From Adineta vaga (lineage: Eukaryota; Animalia; Rotifera): a stretch of 64,000 nt of DNA. This document shows positions 43,622 to 56,900 of this stretch, piece after piece. The notes below the pieces were generated by a model. That model had not been told where the DNA came from. It made no database searches and was given only the letters and a program-made list of their open reading frames with translations. Each line of letters starts with the position of its first letter. Positions within the stretch are counted from its first letter, which is position 1. Position numbers and translations under genes: made by a program. The stretch spans positions 11,594,001 to 11,658,000 of the forward strand of contig CP075495.1 of NCBI GenBank assembly GCA_021613535.1, in the 5' to 3' direction.

Positions 43622-44169
43622 ACTATTTTATTCGAATTAAAAAGTGCTTATAATGAATGATTTTTCAATTTTTGTAATAATCTAAGTGTTCAGTCATTTG
43701 ATTTATTAAAAAGAAGAAAAAGTTTTTTTCTTTGAAAAATAAATTGTATCTCGTAATTCACTCGAGAATTGTCTGTTTGAAAGAATACTTCACAAAATCA
43801 ATAAATATCAAAATACAATTACTTTATATATTTTTATGTATTATTAACATAGATGCCATTAGTAATCGAATAATTTAAAAAGTCAAACTATCTTCATCGT
43901 AGTATGTAAAGGTAGTTGGATAGAGTATTATATTACAAAATTTTTACTGAATTATAAATGTTACGTTTGTGTTGAAAGAAAAAGAAAACTTGTTTTGATA
44001 TCCATTACGCCTACAAATACTAACGTTTGTGGTATTTTTACTTCCAAAGTTGCGTTCTATATGTATATAGTTATTCTTATCCTTTCATCATAAACGCCTC
44101 AATCTTGGCTATTTAATGTCTCGTTTTAGATACCTAAATGGAAAAAAAGGACATAAATATCCTTTTCTC

Positions 44170-44236
44170 TCTCTCGAATAATCTCGAAACATCGCAATTC
44201 AATAACCACCTCCATCCAATACAGTACATATATAAA
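44170..44236 (+). promoter_or_regulatory. Degenerate heat-shock element plus TATA box of sHSP copy 1
   Basis: cGAAt-aATCt-cGAAa-cATCg at 44175-44194; TATATAAA at 44229. Confidence 0.6.
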
Positions 44237-44307
44237 TATGACAACCGCTGAGTAGAATACATAAACATATTGTTCGTCTCTTTTCTCATAACATATCAAG
44301 TGAAAAT

Positions 44308-45301
44308 ATGTCTTATTTTCCTATAACACATTATCGACGATTTAACGATCCCTTTGATCGATTTTTTGGTGATCAATTACATTTCTTTGATCCCTGGCGT
44401 GATTTTGATACGTTTCCTACAGCTCTATCAACAACGCCAAGTTCATTTCGATGGATCAATCAACCACGTCGTATAAGTCGTTCATCGTCATCATTTCATA
44501 CAACATCAGGTAATACAAATAGTGGTGGTAATACACTTATTCCTGTTACAACAACAATAACAAAACCAGCTCTTTCGGAAAAATTTCGTGTACAACTCAA
44601 TGTTGCAGGATTTAATCCAGAAACGATAAGAACAAGAGTCGAAGGTCGTAAAGTCATTGTCGAAGCTAAACAAGAAGATCGACAAAGTGATGGCGATTAT
44701 AGTGTTCGTGAGATTCGAAAAACGTACGATCTTCCTGAACATGCCGGTTAGTAAAAGCAAATAATTACATTTTAAATTATCAACATGACTTCACATTTTC
44801 TATATAGATATAAACAATTTAGCTTCATATGTAACACCAAATAATATGCTTGTTATTGAAGTTCCTATTTATCAACCACAAATTGAACGTCGTTTATCTC
44901 AAACAGTTGCAGATACGAATACTCTTGCTCAATTTGGTCAGTATCGTGATCCAATATTTGATTATGCTGGTTTTATTGGATCATCAGATTTCTGTCCACA
45001 TATTGTTGATACCAATTTTAACGGACAAAAACAATTGAAAATGTTATTACCAGTAAAAAATTATCGTCCTGAACAAATAAAAGTTTCAGTGAAAAATAAT
45101 GAATTAATTGTTCAAGCTGAAAACATTTATAATGATAATAATCGTTCTGAACGATCATTTTTAACCAAATCAATTTCATTACCACCTGGTACGCAAGTAG
45201 ATCAACTTCGATCATTTTTAAATGCCGATGGACAATTAGAAATTGAAGCACCATTTATGGAACCAACTCAAATGCGTTCAATTGAAGTACAACGTCAATA
45301 A
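44308..45301 (+). CDS. Small heat shock protein with two alpha-crystallin domains (p40/Tsp36-like), copy 1, 2 exons
   Basis: FDPWRDF N-terminus; ACD1 KFRVQLNVAGFNPE...YDLPEH|...NMLVIEVP; ACD2 YRPEQIKVSVKNNELIV...SLPPG...GQLEIEAP; IEV tail. Confidence 0.93.
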
Positions 45302-45870
45302 TAAACAGACATTTTCTTTCATAATACACTTATAAACTCCTTTTTTTCTGTCTTATTTACTGTAGTATTATTTCTACAATTCCTTGATATTTCTATTCAT
45401 TGAAAAAATAATAATAAGTTATTCATATGAAATTTGATTTTCAAAGAAACTGTATCAAATTTCATAAACAAAATATGATCTTATATAGATCAGAAGAAAA
45501 ATTAATCTTAAGCGTAATCTTATATCGATACGAGTGTTTCTCCTGATCTATTGCTTTGTTTTTGACAAATAGAAGAAGAGATTAACCACTGAGAATACTC
45601 GATTTCACCTTTTTCTTTCTTAAACCTATTGCTATTTTTACAGATTTATAAAATTTGCTTAGCATTCAGATGTATCCCTCCCTCCCTCCCTCCCTCTATA
45701 TATATATATATAAGATATTCGGACTCAAAATCGAGAGTAAGCAATCTTTGTAAATCTCTGCGACGTTTTGCTTTTGTAAATAGAGATCTATTTTATTTAA
45801 ATAATTGTGTTCTGTATTTAGGTGTGATCAGCTTGATTGATATTCTTCGTCGACAAAATTCCAATTATCA

Positions 45871-46605
45871 ATGGCACTAATTCCATTTTCACGTTATCGT
45901 TTTCTCGACGATCCATTCTTTTTCCATCGATTCGATTTGTACGATCCATGGTTTGATTTTGATTTATTTCCATTCTTTCCTCCTATTACACCGCGATATC
46001 AACGAGTTAAACATCAAGAACGAATTTCATATACAACAACGAGTTCAACAAATAATACTAAAACTAATGATAATTATGAGCCTTTACAACGTAAAGGTAA
46101 CTACTTGTTTAATCAAAACTAAATCAACATATTAATCGTTTGATTTCCTTCAGATACCAATCGTCAAACATCGTATATAACTCCAAGTAATACATTAGCA
46201 GTTGAAATACCAATACAAAATTCAAATAATGATCGTCGTCTTCAACAAGTAAAAGATAATAGTCAAAGCCTGACACAATTTAGTCGATATCAAGATCGAT
46301 CATTTGATGATAATCTTTTTTCCAATGATACTGATATTCAACCACGTACTGTGGATAAAGGAAATAATCAAAAATATTTGGAATGGTCTATTGATATGAA
46401 AAACTTTCGACCGGAAGAAATAAATGTATCAGTGAATAATAATAGATTAGTTATTCAAGGTGAACATCGGCAAGAACAACCAAGTCGTTCGGAACGATCA
46501 TCTTTCTACAAATCAACAACATTACCACCTGGAACACGTGTTGATCAACTTCAATCGCGTTTCAATGATGGACAATTGAAAATTGAAGCTCCACTTTCCT
46601 CATAG
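45871..46605 (+). CDS. Small heat shock protein copy 2; most of ACD1 deleted, ACD2 intact, 2 exons
   Basis: Same N-terminus type and intron position (about 46097-46153) as its paralogs; retains SYITPSNTLAVEIP and a complete ACD2 FRPEEINVSV...LPPG...GQLKIEAP; ORF intact. Confidence 0.85.
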
Positions 46606-47125
46606 CCAAACAAGATGAAATCAATGGGCAGTCGATAGAAATAGACTTTAAAATATCTTTTTATTATTTTTGTAGTACGATGTAGAAAGTTCATTGATTG
46701 GTTGCTAGAAAATAAAACAATAAGAAAAATAAATGGATTCCAATTTTCATTTGATTTAAATTTTGTGGGAAGAAAAATATCATGAAAGTATATATTTTAT
46801 TCTCTGTTTTCTTTGTACAATATCATAAATATTTTATCGGTGTCTTTGAGACTATACACTCTTCGGTATATGCTATTGTGATAAAGTCAAATATGACATT
46901 AAAATCGAGCTATTGGTTAACGTTCTATCATTTGATAGAGAGTCTATTTTCGTTGTGTACCTGTGCACGAAAACATCATCGCGTTTTCACATTTGCCTAC
47001 GACGGCTCTTACGGTCGTATGTTGATAATAGGAAAGAAAAAAATACGAAGTGAAGAGAGAGAAAGAGAAAGCGAGGACGCAAAAAGAGGAGAAAGAAAAA
47101 AGACTGGAACGACGACGATCAAGCG

Positions 47126-47200
47126 AGAACATTTAAGAACATTCTAGAAACTGCTACAATTCTCTATTTTCCTAGTTTGCTGACCTATATATATATATGT
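47126..47200 (+). promoter_or_regulatory. Strong heat-shock element plus TATA of sHSP copy 3
   Basis: Five alternating nGAAn units aGAAc-aTTTa-aGAAc-aTTCt-aGAAa at 47126-47150; TATATA near 47187. Confidence 0.8.
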
Positions 47201-47293
47201 GCACGAACATCTCTAACTAGTCATACATTTGAACAATTCACTTGCGATTCACTGCTTTCAAATCAACGCTCTTCAAAGTAAGTCAATTCGACA

Positions 47294-48233
47294 ATGGCAT
47301 TCTTTCCAATTCGTCGTTATCGTCTCTTCGATGATCCATTTGATCGCTTCTTTGGTGATCAACTTGATCTCTTCGATCCATGGCGAGATTTTGATACATT
47401 TCCAACAGCACTTGCGGTCAGACCAAATGCATTTCGATGGGTCAACGAACCTCTTCGATTAACCAACGAAAATCGTCGTACTGAACCGACATCATCTGTA
47501 CCACATGCAGAAAAATTTCGGGTTCAACTCAATGTAGCTGGCTTCAATCCTGAAACAATAAAAACAAGAGTTGATGGTCGCAAAGTCATCGTCGAAGCTA
47601 AACAAGAAGATCGACAATCCGATGGCGATTTCAGCCTTCGTGAAATTCGTAAAACATACGATCTTCCTGAACATGCTGGTAAGTAATTCATATGTTTCAG
47701 TCAACATTTTTTTACTTATAAATTTGTTTGTGATTTTAGATGCACAACATTTGGCTTCGTATGTAACACCAAACAATATGTTGGTCATTGAAGTTCCAAT
47801 TAAAAATCCTGAAACGGAACGTCGACTTCAACAAGCTCAGAAGGATAATCAAAGTTTGGCTCAATTTGGTCAATATCGTGATCCATTATTTGACTATTCT
47901 GGCTTTATGGGCGGTTCTGACTTTCAACCAAAAATTGTTGATAAAGGAAACAACCAAAAACAATTGGAAATGTCCGTTGGTATGCAAAACTTCAAACCAC
48001 AAGAAATCAAGGTCTCTGTTAAAAACAATGACTTAATTGTTCAAGGTGAACATAAACATCAGGATGCAAATCGTTCAGAACGATCATTCTTCTTTAAATC
48101 AGTTGCATTACCACCTGGAACACAAGTTGATCAACTTCAATCGCGTTTAACCGATGATGGTCAATTAAAGATTGAAGCACCATTTATCGAACAAAAAGAA
48201 GGACAAAAATCCATTGAAGGTCAGAAAAAATGA
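47294..48233 (+). CDS. Small heat shock protein with two alpha-crystallin domains, copy 3, 2 exons
   Basis: Highly similar to copy 1 (KFRVQLNVAGFNPETIKTRV, REIRKTYDLPEHA, GQLKIEAPF); intron about 47679-47739. Confidence 0.95.
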
Positions 48234-48663
48234 AGCAAAAGCACAGATAAAGACATAAATATTTCTTTTCTTTCTGCTATTTCTAACTTGTGTAGCGTGT
48301 TAGTTCTTTGTCTTCTTTCGTGAAATAAAAAAAAACTCGATGACCAGAGTTCTGGTCATTGAATAAAAAGACTTCGCATTATTTTCTTTCTTTCTTATTA
48401 AATTCATGGTGAATTTACAAGAGATTAATTTGATATTTATATATACTTTTTATTTTTCTTTGATGAAAATATTCGGAACATGCCTATTTAATAAAACCGG
48501 CATAGGTCAATAATTTTTTCTTTTTTGTTTTCATGACAATAATAATAACAACAAGAAGATTAAAAATAGTCGGTTTACAAAACAAAAAAAGAAAATTTGT
48601 TTTTCTATTATAATTATTGCTGATGTTAGATCTTCTTCTGTTGCTATTGCCTTGTTAATCAAT

Positions 48664-49774
48664 TTAACGTTGGTGTACTTCAAATACTCGGATTTGATTA
48701 TCTGCATAACCAGCAAATAATGTTTGACCATCAGCAGACCATGCCAATGATGTACATTGTTTTTCTGATTTAACTTCATCAGCGACTGTTTTAGTTTCCA
48801 AATCCCAGATTTTAATAGATGAACCACTTGCTAAAAAGAAGAAATGAATATTTTTAACTGAGTATACTATCTGAATTTGATTTCTTACCAGCACAGAGCC
48901 AATAACGATTAGGTGAAAAACATAATGAATTAATGATATCTCCACTTTCAAGTGTATACAAGTGTTTACCATCATTAAGATCCCATAACATAGCTTTACC
49001 GTCACGACCACCACTAGCACATAATGAACCATCAGGTGAAACAGTAACAGTGTTGATATATGAATTATGTCCATAATGATTGGTACGTAATTTGCAATTA
49101 GTTAAATTCCAAACCTGAATAGAATACACAATAAAATAAGTAAACAAAGACTCAAATACAAATAATTTACCTTCACAAGTTTATCCCAACCAGCTGAAAC
49201 AATCAATGGATCTTTTTGATTTGGACTAAAACGTACACATGATACCCAATCACTGTGATTATCATCAACAATGGTATATTTGCCTAAATAGATGAAGTAT
49301 TCTCTTTCATTATATAATCAATAGTAAATTAATTGATTTACATTGACCAACTGTATTCCATAATTTAATTGTTTTATCACGGCTACCACTGACAATTTGT
49401 CGATTATCAGCCGAAAATGCAACACTTAAAACATCTTTTTTATGGCTAACAAATTGTCGTGTACTTGTACCAACGGATAAATCCCAAAGACGTAATGAAC
49501 TATCCCATGAACCACTGACAGCAAAAAGACCATCACTTGATATAACGACATCCGAAACGAAATGTGAATGGCCACGTAAAGCTTTACTTGGTACTCCGCA
49601 CGATGTGCTTTCACCAGTTGGATCATGTTGATTATTGAGTTGCCAAATAATAATGGATTTATCACGTGATGATGATAGAACAATATCGGGAAATTGTGGT
49701 GTTGTTGCGATTTGGGTTACCCAATCATTATGACCAACAAGAACGCCTTTTAATGTAAGATGTTCGTTTGACAT
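48664..49774 (-). CDS. RACK1: Receptor for activated C kinase 1 (7 WD40 repeats), 4 exons
   Basis: [82 protein letters not shown]. Confidence 0.97.
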
Positions 49775-50990
49775 TGTTATTTTGTTATAACAAGAGATGT
49801 GATGGAAAAGAGATATGAAAGTCTAGAGAAAGAAGAAAAAAACAGAAATCTTCAATAATTTTAAATTAATCAACAGAACAGAAAATAAACAAAAAACTTT
49901 CTAGTAATAGTAAATGTTGCCGTTGTCGTACTTTGCTTTTTTTTTACATACGATAGCGATGGATCCGATAGTTATATGAACCAATGAATATAAACATGAA
50001 TAAGATCAATTGATCTTGTTGAAACCTTTTTTTCTAGAAATTAAAAAATTATTTTCAAACATTTTTTCGAAGAAATTTCGTCAGATTTATTTATGTGATC
50101 GTATAAAAAATAGATTTACAAAGAAATTCGTTACTATTGTCTAGATGTCGCTATTATACAAAGATGTAACAGATCATTTACGATTTGTGAAATGTATATT
50201 TGAATATTATTTCATATTTCAACGATATTTACATCTTCATTAGTATGCTTTGTGTATCTTTACTTCTAGCAATTGAGTATTAACGAAGAACATCTCTTTG
50301 ATAGTATATGTTTGAAAGTTTGTAAAACATTCTATCATGAAAAATATAATACAAATTACAGTTTGAAGAAGAAACAAGTAAACTAGCTATAATCGAATGA
50401 TTTATCAGAGATAAGAAATAATAATATAATATTCCAAATAAATTCTCATTTATTTCAAATAGATATTTCGTTCATTCTACTACATCAACAAACGAACACG
50501 TACACAAATACATGAAACTAAATAAACAATGAGAAATAATGAAAAAACTAAAGCAAAAAGCAACGAAAACACAATAGATAGAAACTAGAAAAAAAATCAT
50601 AATTCATGACATAACTTTTGCCTTAAAAGAAAAATATCGAATATATGGACGTTTAAATCATTTTTTTTGTATGTTTTAAAGTTGCATATGAAAAGAACAA
50701 GAAGAAGAAGAAGAAGAAGAAAAATAACCCTGTAAATGGAATTCACGCGGAACTGAGAGCTCATGCAGTTAATTAAATCTTTTTCTTGTTTCTTTTTTTG
50801 AAATGAAAGAAAACAAATTTGATTTTTAGATTTGATTTGATTTAGTTTTTGTATGTTCTATCTGACGAGAGAAAACTAATTTTTGTTTTATTTACGGACG
50901 GTAAAGTGAATAGGATGTAAGCAGAAAGAATAAGGGAAAAGTTCAATTGTATACTTTGGTATTTTGTTGTTTGACTAGAATTTTTATCAT

Positions 50991-53900
50991 TCATTCATTT
51001 ATATCTTGTTGGTTTGTTTGATCTTGCCGACGACGACAACAAAATAAACGTTGTTTACAGAATTGACCAATTCTTTGAAATGGAATCGAACCGCATTTAC
51101 CTACTGGACCAATAATAGCACAAAGTGGTAAAAAGAAAAACATCGCAAAGACCCATGACATAAACACTAAAAGAAAAATTAATAAAAATCGTTTAATTGT
51201 TTTTCGTTCAACCTACTAATTGTCATTAAAAATTGACCCATTTGTCGAAATGATGTTAATGCTGATAATGTCATAGAAAATCCAGCAGCAAATGTTGTAA
51301 ATGCCGCCATAAATACAGCAGAACCAACACGAGCTATGGATTCTGTTACACGAGTTTCACGTTCGATTTGATGTTCTCTATATAGTAAACGATATGAACT
51401 AATTCCTAAAAAAAGTACACAGTAAAATACATCATTGTATATTGTTTTTAAATGAAATAAAACAAAATAATTTACTAGAAACAGTTTGTACTTCTGAATT
51501 ATCAGAAGATGTTGATAACGATGCTAAATAACGATCTTTTATATTTTTACGTTTTCGTTCAATATCGGTTGAATCCGTATGAATATAACCAACACCAAAA
51601 TGCACTACAAAATCTACTGAAAGACCAACAGACATAATAACAATAATAGCTTCAATAATTCCTAATTCCCATTTTAATGCAGCAAATATAGCTACACTCA
51701 CAGCTAGAAACAAATAGAAGTTCGTTTTTTTATAGGAAAAAAGAACGAGATATTGCTTTACCGATAGCAAATGTAATTGTAATCAATGCATAGACGGCAA
51801 TAAATAAATTGCCTGATGTAAGAAACAGAACTAATAACGCAATACCAAGTGATGCAATAAGAGATGAATAAGAACCGACAAGTAATTCACGTTGAACTCC
51901 ATAAAATGCAAAGCCAGGCGAAGAAAACCAGGCATGTTGTAAGTGTTGTGGAGCATTTTGTTTAATATATGGATCAAAGAAATTCTTTATATTGAAATAA
52001 TATGAATTATATGAATCATAATCAGTACGATTAAGTGCACCTAAATAGAGAAGAACTTGTTTTTCTTCATATCTTATTGGGGATAGTGTGTGCGTGTATT
52101 GCTTTTTTAAGATTAATATCAATCGAATTGCTAAACGATGATATTTTGCAAAACGCTAGTCTAACTAATGAAATGAAAAAAGCTTTTAGTGTAATACCTC
52201 AAGGGAGTTTTTAGAAAGTGAATGGCACATGAATTGCTAATAATTTTACGACGACATGTGAAATAAATCAATTGCAATATAAACATAACGTGTCACGAAT
52301 ATTTCTTTGCACTTACTACACGAAATGAATGCGTAGTTTTTTTCCCTTCAGGAAACATTATCCACTTGAAACTGAAATCACTAGACTTTCTCCGATGTTT
52401 TTTTTTTACAATTTACAATTGTGTGTAAACAATCCTTCTCTCTGAAGTTTAGCATTGAAGGTGTACCTTTAACCTATTTTTCTTACCTCGAATTGTAATA
52501 ATCACAGCAAATGGTCGAACACTTCCGTCAACGGATGATGCTTTGTCAGGTAGTACAGCCCAATTGACTGAACGTTGTTTGTTAAGTTGTCGTTCACAAA
52601 AATCTGGTGGAATATTATTTGCACCAGCTGCCCCCGTTAAACATTGCATAGCTGTTCTTAATGCTGCACGATGATATTCTCCTGTCAATGTATCACGTAT
52701 AGTTCCATTTAAAAATCTTCGAATTTCATTTTTATCATAACTTCGTTCGAGCTAAAAATATATTCATAACAAAAAAAAGAAAAGAAAAGAAAAAACTTGA
52801 GATATTTTCTCTTAAATTAAACAAACCTGATCTTTATAATATTTTTCTAAAGTTTTATTAAATAATTTCCTATAATTTGAATAGTTTATAATTGGATTTA
52901 ATCGATTGTTTAATTGTTTTAAACTAATTCTATTTAATGTTTTATTGATTTTACCACTTTTTGAATCGATATAATCTTCATGGTCAGATTCATCAGTTTC
53001 TATTCGATAACCAATCGTTCGTACAGTGTCACTGACTAAATTTTCGATTAAACTTGTATTTAATTGTGATAAATGTTTAATCATCGATAAATGACTTGTA
53101 TTATAGAGATTCTGTCGAGCACGATCATCAGCTATTTTAGCTATTAAAATATTTTCGGATGTAAGCTAAAAAGAAACGATTATGATTGAAAATCAATATA
53201 TAAAATTCTCATACTTGATAAAATGCTTCGAAATCTTTATCTAAATCATAATTTGAACCGAATAAATCAGGTCGTGCACCTAAATCAGTTATAAATTGTT
53301 TAAAAAAGTCTAATGTCATTTGTCGTTCTAAATATAATGGCATTAAATGAAGATGGCCACGATCATTCATATCAAATATATAACCATCATCAATATCACG
53401 TATGCCAAATATAAATGAAACAGCTGGATAAGCAAATAGACGTTTTTCTTCTTTGGAATAACCATTAAATTTCGTTTTCATGATAAATTCATATGTTTCC
53501 ATCGGATTATCTTTTAAAAAGAATGCGACTTTTTGTGTCGATGGTACTTGTAATTTTGGATAGTGAAAAACTCCGACAAGACCTAGAATACCCATTGGTA
53601 AAAAGAGTAAAACTAATAAATATCGTAGATTAATAATAATAAAAGGCATTAAATGACCGAAAGTATAAAGTCGTATATCTCGACAGATTGTCGCAAGACG
53701 ACGACATAATTTGCCTGTTGAATCATCTGAAGATGTATCAACAACACTCGTAAAACGAATGGATAATAAACGTGAAACAATATTTTGAATGTATTTTTCA
53801 TAGATAACCTTAAAAAGAACAAGAAGAGATTCATTAAAACCGTTAAATTGTTAAAACTTACAGCGAATGCTGATATTGCTGTGACAGTAATAAGGAAATA

Positions 53901-56900
53901 GAGTAGAATACAAGTGCCAGTAAAGACACCAAATACTTGAACGAAGGAAATATTTGTTAACATATTGGTAAAGAAAGCTGCGGATGTTGTAAATGATGTA
54001 ACGAACATGGATGATGCAGCATGTTTTAATGTTTTAGCCATGATTTCAGTTAGAGCTTCTTCACTTGATAATAATCGTTGCATTTCTTCTGGATCATTAA
54101 ATAATGGTAAACGATGACGAGATTGAAATTCATTCGATGGTAATTTAAATTTTCTTTTCTTCTTCACTTGTGTTTCTTCATTAGTGATTTCATTTAAAGG
54201 AATATTAACATCTAAATTATGAATATTATAAAGATCTTTTAAAAAATATTCTGAAAAATTACCTTGCTGTTGTCGATCTTGATATTTTCGTAACCATTCC
54301 GCTTTTTCTTGATCCCATGTATCAAAAAAAACAAAAATATCATCACAACCAATTCCAATCAAGATAAATGCTGACATTAAATTCATAAATGGAAATATTG
54401 GTATACGATAAATAACACGATAGATAAAGAAGCTCACACCAATCGATAATGCTGCACCGACGATAATAATTAAAGCTATTGAAACACTTCGTAAATAAAG
54501 TACAGTGATACCAATAATTAATGTGGTTGCAATTAAAACAAGTAACATATCTGTAAATAAAAAGTTCGAACAAGATTGAGATAAGATAGAAAAACCTTAA
54601 CTAACCTTCAGATATTCTTGCCATTGCTGCTCGTTCTCGTACATTCGCAAAATTTAATGCAATTAATTTTATAAATCGATCACGATAAGTTGGTAATTGT
54701 CTTTTTCCAGCGAAATATTTTTCAAATAAAGCAACCAATTCTTGTCCTTTATAAATAGGTGACATTGTTACAATCTGTTCCGTTGCATTGGCACATTGAA
54801 ATTTACATTGACAATATTTAAAACAGTTTCCTTTCGGTGGGGCTTGATTGGCACAGGATTGTAATAGAAGTTTATTTCGATAATCTTTCATACAACCACG
54901 TTCTTCACAATATTTTCTTGAATGAGGTCGACGACGTTCACACATTATTTGATCACGTGTACGATTATATTTATGACTTCGATAATTTGATATATAAATC
55001 GTTGACAAAGAAACTTTCGCTTGACTTTTCATTTGTTGTAAATCCACGATAAATTGTTTATCAACAAAATGATCAAAAATAAAACGTGTAATATTCTTAT
55101 AAAAACATGTATGACGTAAAGCAGTATAAACGGCTTTGACTTGTTCTTGATGAGTAAAATAACCTGGTTGATGTTCAAGTATAACACGATTAAGAAATAT
55201 GTCACTTAAAGGAATATCCATATAACCATTGATATAATATGGTAAACATGTATGAAGAATTGAACGAAAACGTGCAACATCATTATTTGTAATTAGTTGA
55301 CAATCATTTTTTGCTGAATATAAAGCAACAAAAGTTGCTAATGAAAGACTTGCTGTAGAATTTAAAGAAAGAAGATGTTTAAATTTTTTTTCCCATTGAC
55401 ATATTGATTGTAAATGTTTAATAGATAATAAATCCTCGGTTGATTGTGTTCGTTCAATATAGAATTCAATCATACCATCACGACCTTTTATTTTAGATAA
55501 ACAAAAGAAAAGAAGACATTTCATAAACAATCATACATCAAAGAATTGTCGAATGAAAAACTTCAAACATATAGCTATTCAAGGTTTTATCTTCTAAAGT
55601 TTGTCAATACATTAGTTTCTTCCTACACATAACATTTCAATTAAAATAAATATTTGATTGATGTTAAGTAGAATGGCAACTATCATGTCAATTTGATCAA
55701 TTTAGTATAATAGAATGGTATCTTGAGGGTGAGGGTCAATTCAACTATTGGGATTATTCCTTTTTACGATAATGATGATCTTTATCATATAGTCTAAAAT
55801 GTCCTTTTTTTTAATTATTTTTGCGTCTTCCTTTAAATATGATATTTATTCTAGTTTAAAACTGCTTACCGGCTCGCCCTCGATATTTTTCTTCTAATAA
55901 ATAAGCATATGGTCGAAAAAGGTCAAATGGTAATCTTGCTGATTTGTAATTCTTTCGATTGAATTGTGGTAGATTTTTAACAAATTCTAATACAGTAATA
56001 TTAATCCTAAAGAAAGAAGAAAATCAAAATTATTTGAAATCATTTCAATTATTAAAACTAGTTTTACATTTTATCATCGACATATTTGGTAATTAAATTA
56101 TTAACATCAAAATGTCTATCACGATGCCATTGATAAAGTAGAGCTGATCCTTGACCGTTTTCATCATCATAATCTGGTACTTCATCTTCATCAATTGCAT
56201 TATCATAAAAATTTTCGTCTAAATTATTATAATCAATTAATTCATCATTTTGTTTAATAGAATTTTTCTTTCGCCAAATATCATATTTAGCTAATACATC
56301 AGATCGATATGTATCTTCATCAAGATCTTCAACAATCACATCAGTGAATTGATTATGTGCACCGAATAACTCATAATTTTCTAATGGTAATTCATAAGCA
56401 AGACGAAATCTTTCGGATGCATGTCGTAAAACCATTAATTGAGAAAAGATTGTACCTTTTCCCCGTGCACCCCATCCCTAATAGATATAATCATTGAATC
56501 AAAAGATGCTTCATTCTCATCAATAACTTACACTTCTTGGATCAGAAAAATCAGGTAATTGTGTAAAAGCAAAACCGATGATTGTTAAAATGATTGAAAT
56601 GAGAACAACGAAACCAAGAACAAACCAATGATGACGAACAAGAAACCGTGAATAACTAAAAGAAAGAAAATATTTATAGTGAAAGATAGAATTGCTAGTC
56701 CCGCTGAATGAATCCAATAAACTAGAGTCCGCTTACGTACATAGTATTGGTTAAAATTTGCATCTTGTCAGATATTTCTTTTTTTTTCGTATACAAGGAT
56801 AGAATCAATACTAGCTAAAGAATCGTGAAATAAATCACGAATGAAAAGGATGAATAACATGATCGCATAACGGGACTTGCATTTCGTTCTCTCCTGTATA

